Below, piece after piece: positions 1-12,439 of a stretch of 64,000 bases of DNA. The stretch is from Octopus vulgaris. Its lineage: Eukaryota. A program made the translations under genes and the position numbers. The notes under the pieces were generated by a model. It was not told where the DNA came from, ran no database searches, and worked only from the letters and a program-made list of their open reading frames with translations. Numbering within the stretch: the stretch's first letter is position 1; each line of letters starts with the position of its first letter. The DNA lies in NCBI GenBank assembly GCA_951406725.2, contig OX597817.1, forward strand, positions 82,894,001 to 82,958,000, given 5' to 3'.

Positions 1-95
1 GTCATTTGAAGGCTAAAACAATGCGGACGCATTGTGACCAGCGGTGTGTAACAACATCTGATGGTCTGGTCGGTCTCGTGATCGTGATTTCGTGA
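1..95 (+). mobile_element. 3' end of a probable SINE running into a (TA)n tract (cut by window edge)
   Basis: Mixed-composition segment ending in repeated CGTGAT units followed by (TA)n. It resembles a cephalopod SINE tail as I recall it, but the head is not visible. Confidence 0.35.
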
Positions 96-121
96 TATAT
101 ATATATATATATATACATATA

Positions 122-191
<70 letters not shown>

Positions 192-222
192 TTCATATAT
201 ATATATATATATATATATCATA
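95..222. repeat. (TA)n microsatellite
   Basis: Long interrupted TA dinucleotide run. Confidence 0.95.
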
Positions 223-434
223 TACGAGGGGCGTTCAATAAGTAATCGTGATCGTGATCTCGTGATATATATATATATACATATATTCATATATACTAAG
301 TAATTAAGGGTTTAGCAACGATTTGCCTCACCACACACCGAATTTAGAAATAGCAGTCAAAGAGTTATAGCTATTCTTTCTACTAAAAGGGAGATCTCAG
401 TAAAACCACAGCACTTGAAAGGCAAACACAGACA

Positions 435-470
<36 letters not shown>

Positions 471-505
471 TCAGTAATGCAATACAAAGTATTGCCTTCC
501 AGTAT

Positions 506-582
506 ATGTTTGGCTGAAGAAGGTAAAGCAAATATGGGTGAGAGACATATCTTGCAAAACCTGAAACCTGCAGGTACCACAT
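506..582 (+). ncRNA. Type I hammerhead ribozyme motif
   Basis: Reads atgt-tt-gg / CTGAAGA (514-520) / helix II aggt...acct with inner gcaa-atatg...catat-c-ttgc / GAAA (563-566) / helix III cctgcagg / TA (GUA triplet) / ccacat, which pairs with the 5' arm. Confidence 0.85.
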
Positions 583-773
583 TATCCATTTTCCGGGTGT
601 TTCATCTTACAGATGTTCTCCCTGGAGGTAAGACGGTTTTTTTTTCTCTATTTTGTTGCACACACGCATTTTTACTAATACATACGCGGTGAAGGTACAC
701 ATTAGCGTCGTAATTTTACGTTCGCTATTTCCAGTAAATATCGGTACTTTGTTGTGCCATTTATTTACTAATT

Positions 774-821
<48 letters not shown>

Positions 822-825
822 TATA

Positions 826-868
<43 letters not shown>

Positions 869-1684
869 ACTAGCAGAATTGCCCGGCGATGCTCGGGGCT
901 GAATTACTTGAAAGTACTGTTAATGATTGCACTGAATTATGATGATTATTCAGGCAAATATTGACATAAGTTTACGGCGAATGAATGTATTTGTAAGTGT
1001 ATAGAAAGCCGTGTAAAGGGGTTCCTAACCCCTCGTAGAATGGTGTAAGAATTGAATGCGAGGTTGCCTTGAAAAGAGCCATGTTATTGTTCTCATAATT
1101 GTAAGAATTTGATAGTCGTGGAAGGCGGTGTAAAACGTTCGCAGGTGAATAGGGTATCTTCCTTTTCCACGAACGGCAGCGGATGTGCTGTTACAAAACT
1201 TCATGCTGTGTTAAAAGAGAATGGATGCCCTATGTAGGCAAGAGGGAAATGAAGCATGGGTAAGTAAATATGGGTAATTTATAAAATATAGAACAATAAC
1301 ATCTACTCACCATATGTCAGACCGGCAAGAATGTAGTGGTGCTGAATAGATGAATCACAACACAGTTGTGGAGAGGTTTTCATTGATGGGCGCTATGATT
1401 AAATTTGTTGTTGTATAAAATGATCTGTTGCTTAGTTTCCAAAGTGTATGTTGCGATCGTGTTGTCGCTTATGTAAACTTTAACAGTGAGAGTGTAGATG
1501 TAGGGTGTAGATGTGTCATGTACGTTGGATATAGAAGATGAGGCTGGTGGTTTGATGATGAATGCATAGAAATAGAGGTGAGCGAAGGACAGGTGTTGGT
1601 TAAGTGTGAATTAATGTCATGAAACGCCTAAAAATGTAAATGCCATCATAAAAGAGAGTCGTATGTAAGTGAAATACTAACGTG

Positions 1685-3125
1685 TTAGAAAATGATGAAA
1701 CGTAATCCTATAAAACTTCCTTGTACACAATGATTTTTTGTTTTTCGTTGTGGAACGAATGCGAAAGCATCACTGTTGCTGCCGACACGCGAGCAGGCAA
1801 CATAAAGCTGACCATGAGAGAAACATGGCTCTCCCAAATGTATTCCCGCCACAGACAGTGTTTGACCCTGCGCTTTGTTAATTGACATTGCGAAACATGG
1901 ACTTACTGGGAACTGGGACCTCCGAAATATGAAAGGTAGGTCTGTTCCTGATGGGAAAAGATGCATCCTAGGTATGAGCACAACGTTGCCTCGACCGCAC
2001 CCTGTGATAATGGTGGCCTCAATCAGATTGGGAGATAAGGACTTAATGATGAAACGTGTGCCATTGCATTGTTTTGGGGGAACCAAATTTCTAATGAGCA
2101 TTATAGGGGCACCAACTTTAAGTTTGAGAATGTGTGGTGGTAGTCCAGGGGGCTCAAAGGAATTGAGTACCTCTATTGGATAGTTGACGTCCTCTGGGTC
2201 AGGAGTTGTATCGATAGACTTATATACATAGACATCCCCAGCAATGAGTTTTAGCATTTCATCATTAATATGGTGAACAGTTGTATTCCTCGGGGCCAGA
2301 ATGGCCCTTTGGCCAATCCAATCCATATTCCTTGTAGATCTGGGAACACTGCATATCTGAGATCAGAAGGCGTTTTAACAATGGTACAAATGGAATCGAT
2401 GGCAATATTACCATTTTCATCCCCTGGTATTTTGCCTTCGTCAAGTGCAAGGAGGGTGTGAGAAAATGCTGCTGATGTGATATCACGTCGCATATGAGCA
2501 TGCGTATTGATGTGAAGTTTGAGAGTCTTCACCAGTGGCCACAATGTGGATGACTTAAGACACGCACTTACTGCATCAGCTGTAGTCCCTTTGGGAATAA
2601 CGGGAAGTGTTTGTCGGAAGTCCCATGAAAGAAGAAGTGTTATGCCTCCAATGGGAGCTGACGAGTGTTTGATGTCTCTGAGAGATCTATCCAGTGCCTC
2701 AAGAACACGTCTGTGGGCCATCATGCATTCATCCCAAACGATAAGCTTGCATCGTCTGAAGACTTCTGCCTGATCGGAGCTGTTACTGATGTTGCAAGTT
2801 GGTGTCTCAGTCTTCGCTAAGTCAAACGGGAGCTTGAAAGTGGAGTGAGCTGTCCTGCCGCCTGGCAACAAAGTAGCCGCAATTTCAGATGATGCCACAG
2901 CTAGGGCAATGCCTTGTGTTCGCCTAATGTCAGCCAATATTAATTTGTTGACAAAAATTTTCCCAGTGCCCCCAGGAGCGTCCAAGAAAAAAATCCCCCC
3001 AGCTTTGACCCGGACTGAATTAACAGCGGAGTTGTAAGCAAACTTCTGTTCTGGAAGGAGCTTTGGCTCATTGTCGGCTATGTACTCGGCAAGCTTGTCA
3101 ACATTAAAACATGTCTCACGCAGCA
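1685..3125 (-). pseudogene. Helitron RepHel PIF1-family (SF1B) helicase, C-terminal part, frameshifted
   Basis: Motifs DAPGGTGK, IVWDEC, (W)DFRQTLPV, LKVGAPIMLIRNL, NGTR, QFPVSPCFAMSINKAQGQT and HGQLYVACSRV are spread over ORFs 2251-3231 and 1685-2326. There is a frameshift near 2330 and no Rep domain. Confidence 0.93.
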
Positions 3126-3149
3126 AATGTGAAGACAGAGTGTTTGTGC

Positions 3150-3240
3150 CTACACATGCCAAGTCACCACACAGTGGGACTGAACCCAGGTCCATGTGTT
3201 TGGAACGTAGTTTGTTACCACACAGCCACACCTGCCCCTA
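3150..3240 (-). mobile_element. SINE family A 5' head fragment
   Basis: cagtgggactgaaccc...ttaccacacagccac matches the tRNA-like head of the copies at 11253-11658 and 54557-54966. Confidence 0.75.
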
Positions 3241-4325
3241 TGTATGTGTGTGTGTGCGTATGTGTGTATGAGTAGATATATTATGCATGTATATATGTGT
3301 ATATATATATGTATACATATTACATGTACATCTATATATATACATCTACACATAAAATACAAAATACAAAGTTATATCTTGATATCGCTAGTGGTAACAA
3401 TACTCAAAATATATAACAAACTGAAATTGTAGGCCTGTCTCTTGCAATTTCGATCAATTGGATCTTGTCCTCCCTCTTGTATAGAAGTGTACGGCTGCAG
3501 CGAAATTCATTTTTGGACTTTCTTCTATCGAAGACATTTTAACAAAAATGCTTCCGTAAAGACGGTGAAAATATTGTCAATTTCCCAAAACAGGGACACA
3601 ATTCAATTTTTAAACAATAACCAAAGCCCCTTCTCCGAAAGGGGGAGGTTACGGTTTACAATTATTTAACAAATGCAACACAACAACGTTTCCCTGACGA
3701 GGAACCAACAAACGTGATTACAATAGTCAAACAGTAATAATAATAGCAACAAACCTTTTTAATTTATCCCCATTTATGTGAAACCACTTATTCAAGTTCA
3801 AGTCATTGATGCAATTTTATACGAATTGCTAATACACACACACACACACTCACATGATAAGGGTGAAAAATTGAATATTAATTTGATTAATATGAATTGA
3901 AAACCAGTGGTGTAGCATATAAGACCATAGCGGATCTTCCTCTAGCAAAAAGGATGACCAGTATTAATGACTCATCCCTGTTATATAAATACTTTCACTT
4001 TAATAGTTTCACACTTGCAAAGAGAAAGTAGGAGAAAGTGTGGTGGTAATAGCAGGAGTAAACCACTTGAAATCAGAGAGGTAAATCGTAAAATATTGAG
4101 TTTTCTCGAATTTTTGCTTAATTGGGGGTCAAATTGAAAAAACTTTACATGCTATGACCCAATCGAATCTACTTGGAAAAATCATAGGTAAATTCCAATT
4201 GAAGAAATTCTATATTGTAGAATTGTATTAAAAAGAAACATGGGAACAGGCAGAGAAAATCTGCCTTTTATCATAAGATATCATAAGATATATATATATA
4301 TATTCATATATATATATATATTTGC

Positions 4326-4371
<46 letters not shown>

Positions 4372-4396
4372 GCATACATACATATATACATGTTGT

Positions 4397-4601
4397 GTAT
4401 GTCTTTATGTTTGTCCTAAACCACCGTCTGGCATAAGGTATTGGTTTGTTTATGTCCCTGTAATTTAGCGGGTCGGCAAAATGGTTGGAATGAATAAATA
4501 CCACGTTTAAAAATGTAAGTACTAGGGTTGATTTGTTTGGCTAAACCCTCCAAGGCGATTTGCCTCAGTACGGTCGCAGCCCAATCACTGAAAAAGATAA
4601 A
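4397..4601 (+). mobile_element. SINE family A, diverged 3' half
   Basis: Degenerate match to gtccccgtaacttagcggttcggc...ggccgcagtcaaatgactgaaac. Confidence 0.65.
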
Positions 4602-5207
4602 ATATATACACATTATTCTGTATTTTGTCGATAGTTTGTCTCTTTTTTATGGTTTATCATAACGCTAGCTGTTTACCACAATAACGTGGGGCATTTTGAA
4701 GGAAACAAGTGTTTAGTTTCCATCGTTTGTAGCAACTGTTTTATCATGGACATACGAAATCAATTTTAGAATATTCTACTATGCATAGACTTTAGAGATG
4801 AACGAAAACATTATGTATGGAACTGGATTCTACCTCGGCTAATAATGTATACCTTAGGTAGTCGACACAATGAATTCTTTTCAGTATATTAGAGAGATAA
4901 ACCCACGCATTAGTTTGGAAACATGTTATAAGTGAAGTTTGAACTTCGGATTGAGTTAATATTATTAGCGTCACCAAAGACGGTTTTTGTATTCGTTTCC
5001 ATAACAGAACTAATAATCAGTTAATATCAGTTAATTCTATTCAGGCTTTAACTAGAATACTATGTTTTTTTATTAAGTAAACAATACTTGTATTTTTCTA
5101 AATGAACTTGAAAGAAAAAATTCAGAATAAGCAATTTTATGTGCTTCAGTGAAGTGTACAATGTAAAGCTGGCATACTTAAGTCTTCATTGTTTGATCTT
5201 TCCTGTT

Positions 5208-5208
<1 letters not shown>

Positions 5209-5288
<80 letters not shown>
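5209..5288. repeat. (TG)n microsatellite
   Basis: About 40 TG units. Confidence 0.95.
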
Positions 5289-5290
<2 letters not shown>

Positions 5291-6471
5291 TGGGTGCGTG
5301 TGTGTGTACGTGTATGTATTAGATGAAGGTCTATAATATTTTTTCTTGATTCTTGAAAACAACGATAAATTGAATAACTCCTTTTCTTTAAGTTCGAAGA
5401 CATACATATATTCTGCAAGATATTTTTTTACTTCTTTGTGGCCAACAACTTTTCAATTACATTATTCTCACCATGTTAGTTTGAGAAGCTTGTTTATTTC
5501 GACTGCAGACAAATAAAGATGCGGTTTACTTTTTCATCTCTTTTAATTTTATTGTTCTCAGTAAACGTATATTGGTTTATCCCTTCCTCGTCAAATTCTT
5601 CTTCATTATTTATTTCCTTTTTACTTTGCTAATCTCAAATAAATCATAAATAAACGTTAGTCGTTTCTATTTTCTGCATTTGAGATGGTTCGCATTTGAA
5701 CACAAATGTGAGAAAAGCAAAATATAAGACAAAATGCTATATAGTATTCAAAAGAAATAAAATTTAGGAAGCGAAAACATTAGATTTAATATATAGACTT
5801 CCTCAGATAATTTCCAAAGCTATTTTCCAGTAATGTTAAATTTGACACAAGAATAAGTCATATTGCTTTGAAGCGATATTAATTTACGGTGTTGCGGGGA
5901 TGGATGGGCTTAATATCAAAGATATATTAAGTTTAGGAACGATCGGGCATAAATAATTTCTGGAGATGTTCATAGATAAAGCATTGTTTAATTCATTGCA
6001 GAGAGGATCCATTATTGACTTATTCCTAACGGGCTATGAAATAGAGCATATATATATATTACATACGTTTGTGTGTGTATATTCATGTGCGTGTAGATAT
6101 GTATGTATTGTGTTTTACTTGAAAAACACGACATATTTTTCTGATAACTCATGGCCAATGGGTTTGTATTTGAAATGGAAATGAGTTGAAAAGTATGAAA
6201 CGGATGCATGCAGGCAAGCGCACACCTACACAACACATTTATGCATATAAATACTTTCACATACACACAAAAACCGTACACATACTTATGAATACCTCTT
6301 TCTTTCTTTCTTTCTGTCTTTCTTTCTTTCTTTCTTTTTTCTCCCTTTCTGTTCTCTCTCAGTTTATATTTACATGCTTGTTTTGATGTCAAGTAATACA
6401 TAATCTGACATTAAAGTGAAGGACTTTCCAATATCTCTTATGATTCTAAGTAAAACAGATGTTTAACACAA

Positions 6472-6516
<45 letters not shown>

Positions 6517-6597
6517 TATTTATGTATTTGTGTTCATAGCGTTTAATAAGTTCCTACTTGTATATGAATGTATGCATATATGTATGTAGTTATGTAA

Positions 6598-6641
<44 letters not shown>

Positions 6642-7433
6642 TTAAGTGTGTGTGTGTTTGTGTGCATGTGTTATACGTGTTATATATACACATTTTATCC
6701 TACATTCTTCTCAACTCTTCTCACTCTCTGCTTCTCCATGCTGGACCAGCATTCTTTCCTCAAGAATCTACACCTCACACACTTCCACTTGCTTGTTGCT
6801 TGGAAACCTCAGTACACGTCATTATATAACTCATTATTCTAGGTAAATTTTCGTCCACCCCCACTATTTGACCTCTACTAACAGCACCATCAGCTACCCC
6901 CACCTCGTGAAACCCTGTATATTTCCACCTATTTTCCCATACCAGCCGGTACTATTCTCCCACCATTTAAACTGTTTTGAATCATTCATGTCATCTCATC
7001 CGATTTACCATTCGCTGTAGCATCTCCCTTACCAGCAGACACAGCACCATTAACCTCCTTTCACCTTGTTCTCTCTGCTCTTTGCAACCCCGCAAATATC
7101 GTCCAATCTATTGTCGTCACTATACCACCTGTTCTACTTTCTGAAACTGAAGGCTCCCTCTTCAGCAGATGATACACGTGACACCCATCACATCTTTCTG
7201 TGATAAGTTTCGAACCCGCACCGATGTCAGATAGTCCCGATGTCGTACAGAATGCGCCCCTTATTTTCACTGGTGCTTGTTGATCACTATGAATTTTGGA
7301 TCTGCTAAGATATTTATAATGTAGTCAGTTTGTATGATATATGGTATCATCTTCCAAAGCATTACCATCTGCCTTCTAGATATAAACTTGTTACTAATTC
7401 GTGTGCTTCTTTGATTGAGCCATACATACTATA

Positions 7434-7666
7434 TATTTCTTTACTACCCACAAGGGGTTAAACACAGAGGGAACAAACAAGGGCAGACAGACGGATTAAG
7501 CCGATTATATCGACCTCCAGTGCGTAACTTGTACTTAATTTATTGACCCCGAAAGGATGAAAGGCAAAGTCGACCTCGGCGGAATTTGAACTCAGAACGT
7601 AGCGACAGACGAAATACGGCTACGCATTTCGCCCGGTGTGCTAACGTTTCTGCCAGCTCGCCGCCT
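7434..7666 (-). mobile_element. SINE family B (tRNA head plus conserved Meta-like central domain), full length with TSD
   Basis: Reverse complement of the 14563-14791 copy. Flanked by a 19-bp TSD ttgagc(a/c)tacatactata-type repeat at 7415-7433 and 7667-7685 with 1 mismatch. Confidence 0.92.
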
Positions 7667-8870
7667 TTGAGCCCTACATACTATAGTTTAGCATTTTCGC
7701 ATGTATCTGTCATGCTCTTTAGAAAGACTCTTTAACGAGTATGTCTGCGATATTCATAAATTTTGGCATTTTGTCCGCACATCAATGCTTTTGATGTTCA
7801 TAGTGTCTTAAAATTTGTGTAAAGTCTCCCTGGTAATTTTTAAATATTACATACTAGTTTACAAAATCAACCACCTTGGAACTGTTGTAATTTGCCGATC
7901 TTTTCTCGTGCAGTTATATTGTCATTGTCTTTTTCATTCTTGTATAGTTTCCATCCAATGCATTTAATCACATACCCTATTGTTAATCACAGAGGAATAA
8001 GCAATTTCGAATAATGATTTGTTATGGTACATGAACGTTCTTTGATCAACATCCACTTAGTGGTACGTATAAGTTCTTTTTCATTCTCAATCCCTAAATA
8101 TTGTTTGATTTTGTGAGAACAGATTAAACAATGGAATGGCTACAGTTCGCAAACGAAAACAAGAAGAGAATATTGAATATATTATTTATACGATCTGAAT
8201 TGTTTCCTCACACCTCTTGCTTCACGTTACGATGATCATTTAGGCAATTGTTTTTGCAGGTTTCAAGTTTGTATTACATTATAAATAATCTATCGTGGGT
8301 GACTCAAGCTTTCATTCCTTTTCAATATTTATTATTCTCCTATAGTGGTGTATTGTTTTATTATTGGTACGCTGTCACTTGCATTTATTAATGAGACGTT
8401 ACTTTTGTTTTTATTAGGCGATGTCTTTGTTCTATCTAGTTTCTCTCGATTGCTATTTTGTTGTTGACATTTATATGGCTAATCTGTTTATTGTGTTTAT
8501 ATTATACTATTCTATTGTTTGGCTGGTTTTCAGTTCAGAGTTATATTGTGTTTCTCTTGGAAGTTAACATTAGGTTTGTCTTCTTACTGTATTTTATGCT
8601 CTTCTTTTCAACGGTAAGTTTTTTTGCTGTCATAAATTCTAGCTAGAGTTCAACAGTTGGCTTCAAATGAATCACATAAAAACAAAATACATGTATTTCG
8701 AAAACATAGTACAAGGTCGAATAATCCTGGACTGCAGTGAAACTGACGCGGTGAAGGAGTATGACAATTGGGAAAGATAGAAAACATATCTTTCGAGTCA
8801 GTATTCAGAAATATCGCGTTCGGTTACAGTTGGTAATAGACATTTGCGTCGATGAAACTTCAAAGCACGA

Positions 8871-9956
8871 GTGAACACGTTTAGACCTTACATATTAACC
8901 TCTTCAAAAGTGGCGTGCAACCTGCGGCTCTTGAACATATGTTCGAGTGTTTAATATATAGTGCGAAAGGAATTTATTACGTTAGAGATAAAAAATATTA
9001 AAAAATCAAAACATCAAAAATACCCAATCTATCTATATATATATATATATGTGTATGTGTGTGTGTATGTGTATGTGTGTATATATATATATATACGCAT
9101 GCATGAATATAGATGTATATTCATTTTAAATCCTAAGCATTCATTCTAGTTTCTAGTGCCCTATTTTAAACACTAAACACTTCATAATATTTTTGCACTA
9201 ATGGACAGAAATACAACCGAGTATTTTAAGAAGGATCTATCACATAAACACAAATACACATACACACAAACTCGCACACATATATATGCATGTATATAAT
9301 ATGGATTTATATGTGTGTATATATGTATATTCAGAAATATCGCGTTCGGTTACAGTTGGTAATAGACATTTGCGTCGATGAAACTTCAAAGCACGAGTGA
9401 ACACGTTTAGACCTTACATATTAACCTCTTCAAAAGTGGCGTGCATATATACATATATACATATATACACATATACATATATATATGTATATACATATAT
9501 ATACATATATACACACATATAAATCCATATTATATACATGCATATATATGTGTGCGAGTTTGTGTGTATGTGTATTTGTGTTTATGTGATAGATCCTTCT
9601 TAAAATACTCGGTTGTATTTCTGTCCATTAGTGCAAAAATATTATGAAGTGTTTAGTGTTTAAAATAGGGCACTAGAAACTAGAATGAATGCTTAGGATT
9701 TAAAATGAATATACATCTATATTCATGCATGCGTATATATATATATATACACACATACACATACACACACACATACACATATATATATATATAGATAGAT
9801 TGGGTATTTTTGATGTTTTGATTTTTTAATATTTTTTATCTCTAACGTAATAAATTCCTTTCGCACTATATATTAAACACTCGAACATATGTTCAAGAGC
9901 CGCAGGTTGCACGCCACTTTTGAAGAGGTTAATATGTAAGGTCTAAACGTGTTCAC
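8871..9956. repeat. Long inverted repeat (arms 8871-9330 and 9499-9956) with a 118-bp direct duplicate in the spacer
   Basis: The arms are near-exact reverse complements, and 8802-8919 is repeated at 9328-9445. Confidence 0.93.
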
Positions 9957-10030
9957 ATATATATATATATATGTACATATATGTATGCATACACACAAAC
10001 ACACATACATGTATACATTTAAGTAATTAC

Positions 10031-10068
<38 letters not shown>

Positions 10069-10267
10069 CATTTTCAACGGTATCTGGCTTCTCAGTTTAT
10101 TTTCCTGCTTCAATTATGTATAAGAAATCTGGAATACCTTTGAGTATCTTAAGTATCAATAAGTTCAAGAAATTTATGAATTATTCCTTTGCGCACAAAA
10201 CGTAACCTATTGATCCCTAAGAAACAGAAAACTGATGAAAGGAATTTCAGAAAAATATTGAATGCCT

Positions 10268-10276
10268 ATCTATCTT

Positions 10277-10367
<91 letters not shown>
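10268..10367. repeat. (TATC)n microsatellite
   Basis: Tetranucleotide run. Confidence 0.95.
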
Positions 10368-10747
10368 GTTTCTCTTTGTAATTGTATATTTGTGTAAAAA
10401 TATATGCATGTATTTGTATACGTATTTGTACATAAATATATGTGAATGTATGTGTGTGAGTGTGTGCGCTCGTGCTCGCGAGCGTGTCTGTATGTGAGTG
10501 AAAAGTTCGCAGAAGGAAAACAGAGGGCACATTTGCAGTAACCCCGTGTCTTTATTTTTAAAAGTTGTATTATACTCCGATATCATAGTGTTAAGATAAA
10601 ACAAAAGCTTCGAGTGATCGTACAGTTATTCTCAAAAACAGCATGAAAATAACAAAATAATAATAACGTATATTTATGCAATATGGTGAACAGCTAGCGA
10701 TCATTCTATTTCTTTACATGTATATTGTGTGTGTGTGCGCGTATGTA

Positions 10748-10779
<32 letters not shown>

Positions 10780-11252
10780 TGTATAGACAAACACACACTC
10801 ACAAACATACACACGCGCGCGCACACACACGCATGCACAATTTGTATTCGTAATTCTTCTTATTTTTGTGTATTTGAGGAGTTAACTGTTTATTTAAAGA
10901 TCAATAGGTTATATGCTGTGCGCACTTCAATATGTTATACATTTCTCGACTTTGCAGAAGTTTTAGATATTCAACAAACTTTAATTGAAGCAAAAATAGA
11001 CTGGAAAGAAAAAAAGGCCATTGGGTTTTCTTCTGCTAAAATAATGACACTCTTTATGAACTTTATGCATTGTATCAATGCATATACGATAAAATTTAGT
11101 AATAGACGAGTGGTTAAGATATTCGCTTTGCTGACTCGTGGTTCCTTGTTCCATGTCTCTGTATTTTTTATTGTATCGCTGGATTTCTCAGTAACATACG
11201 ATAGAGTATACTATCCAGATGCGCATTCTATATACACTTATTTATATATATA

Positions 11253-11658
11253 TACTCTTTTACTCTTTTACTTGTTTCAGTCATTTGACTGTGGCCATGC
11301 TGGAGCGCAAATCGACCCCAGAACTTATTCTTTGTAAGCCTAGTACTTATTCTATCGGTCTCTTTCGCCGAACCGCTAAGTTACGGGGACCTAAACACAC
11401 CAGCATCGGTTGTCAAGTGATGTTGGGCGGAAAACACAGACACACAAACATATAGACACATGCATACATATATATGTAAATATATACATATATACGACGG
11501 GCTTATTTCAGTTTCCGTCTACCAAATCCACTCACAAGGTTTTGGTCGGCCCGAGGCTATAGTAGAAGACACTTGTCCAAAGTGTCACGCAGTGGGACTG
11601 GACCCGGAACCATGTGGTTCGTAAGCAGGCTACTTACCACACAGCCACTCCTACGCCT
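11253..11658 (-). mobile_element. SINE family A (tRNA head, CORE-like CCTTGGGCAAGT-type segment, internal TA/TG microsatellite), near full length
   Basis: Reverse complement of 12029-12439 and 54557-54966, with A/B-box-like head and a GTAAAAGA tail. Confidence 0.92.
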
Positions 11659-12028
11659 ATATATACTATAAACACATATGTATGAAATGGAGAAAGACAT
11701 ACACAGACGCACATATTTATTTAATAGGTTTATTTAATTGATATACAAAACATGCTCTATTTTAGAGTTTAAATAATATTCAATATTTTTAATGACTGAT
11801 TAAGTGCGAAAGTTTGCTTTCAAAACTGGTCTTTGGAAACAAACTTTTGTAGAATGTGAGTTGTGTTTTAACCGAAAAAATTCGACGTAAATACAACATC
11901 AATAAATGTTAATGTAAAATAGATACTAAAAAAAGGCATAGTTTATGTTCTGAATCTCTTTTTCACTTTATATATATCAGTGCCGAACTGTATGTTTTGA
12001 AGGATAAATTAGTAATAAGGGTTAACAA

Positions 12029-12439
12029 GTAGGAGTGGCTGTGTGGTAAGTAGCTTGCTTACCAACCACATGGTTCGGGTTCATTCCCACTGCGTGGCAC
12101 CTTGGGCAAGTGTCTTCTACTATAGGCTCGGGTCGACCAAAGCATTGTGAGTGGATTCGGTAGACGGAAACTGAAAAAAGTCCGTCGTATATATGTTTAT
12201 ATATATGTGTGTGTATATGTTTGTGTATCTGTGTTTGCCCCCCCCCCCCATCGCTTGAGAACCGATGCTGGTGTGTTTACGTCCCCGTAACTTAGCGGTT
12301 CGGCGAAAGAGACCGATAGAATAAGTACTAGGCTTACAAAGAATAAGTCCTGAGGTCGATTTGCTCGACTAAAGTTGGTGCTCTAGAATGGCCGCAGTCA
12401 AATAACTGAAACAAGTAAAAAACAGTAAAAGAGAGTAAG
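12029..12439 (+). mobile_element. SINE family A, near full length
   Basis: gtaggagtggctgtgtggtaag...ggttcattccc...caccttgggcaagtgtctt...actgaaacaagtaaaa. Confidence 0.92.

Larger units (their letters stand above)
870..4278 (-). mobile_element. Helitron, internally deleted and interrupted, both termini apparently present
   Basis: The minus-strand 3' end is CCCGAGCATCGCCGGG (hairpin)-caattctg-CTAG|T at 870. A PIF1 helicase remnant lies inside. The candidate 5' end is A|TCTTATGATAAAAGGCAG at 4278, with its terminal 10 bp duplicated out to 4288. Confidence 0.7.

Noticed and set aside
3685-3720. CTGACGA as a hammerhead core
   Set aside because: No properly placed GAAA, helix II or helix III.
10225-10265. 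CTGATGA...GAAA-aatatt possible hammerhead
   Set aside because: No helix I, a poor helix II and no valid NUH triplet.
10729-11337. 202-aa ORF
   Set aside because: It starts in a CA microsatellite, ends in a SINE and has no recognisable domain.
12029-12100. tRNA genes at SINE heads (also 14563, 27018, 54557)
   Set aside because: A/B boxes are present but there is no complete cloverleaf, and each continues into a SINE body and tail.
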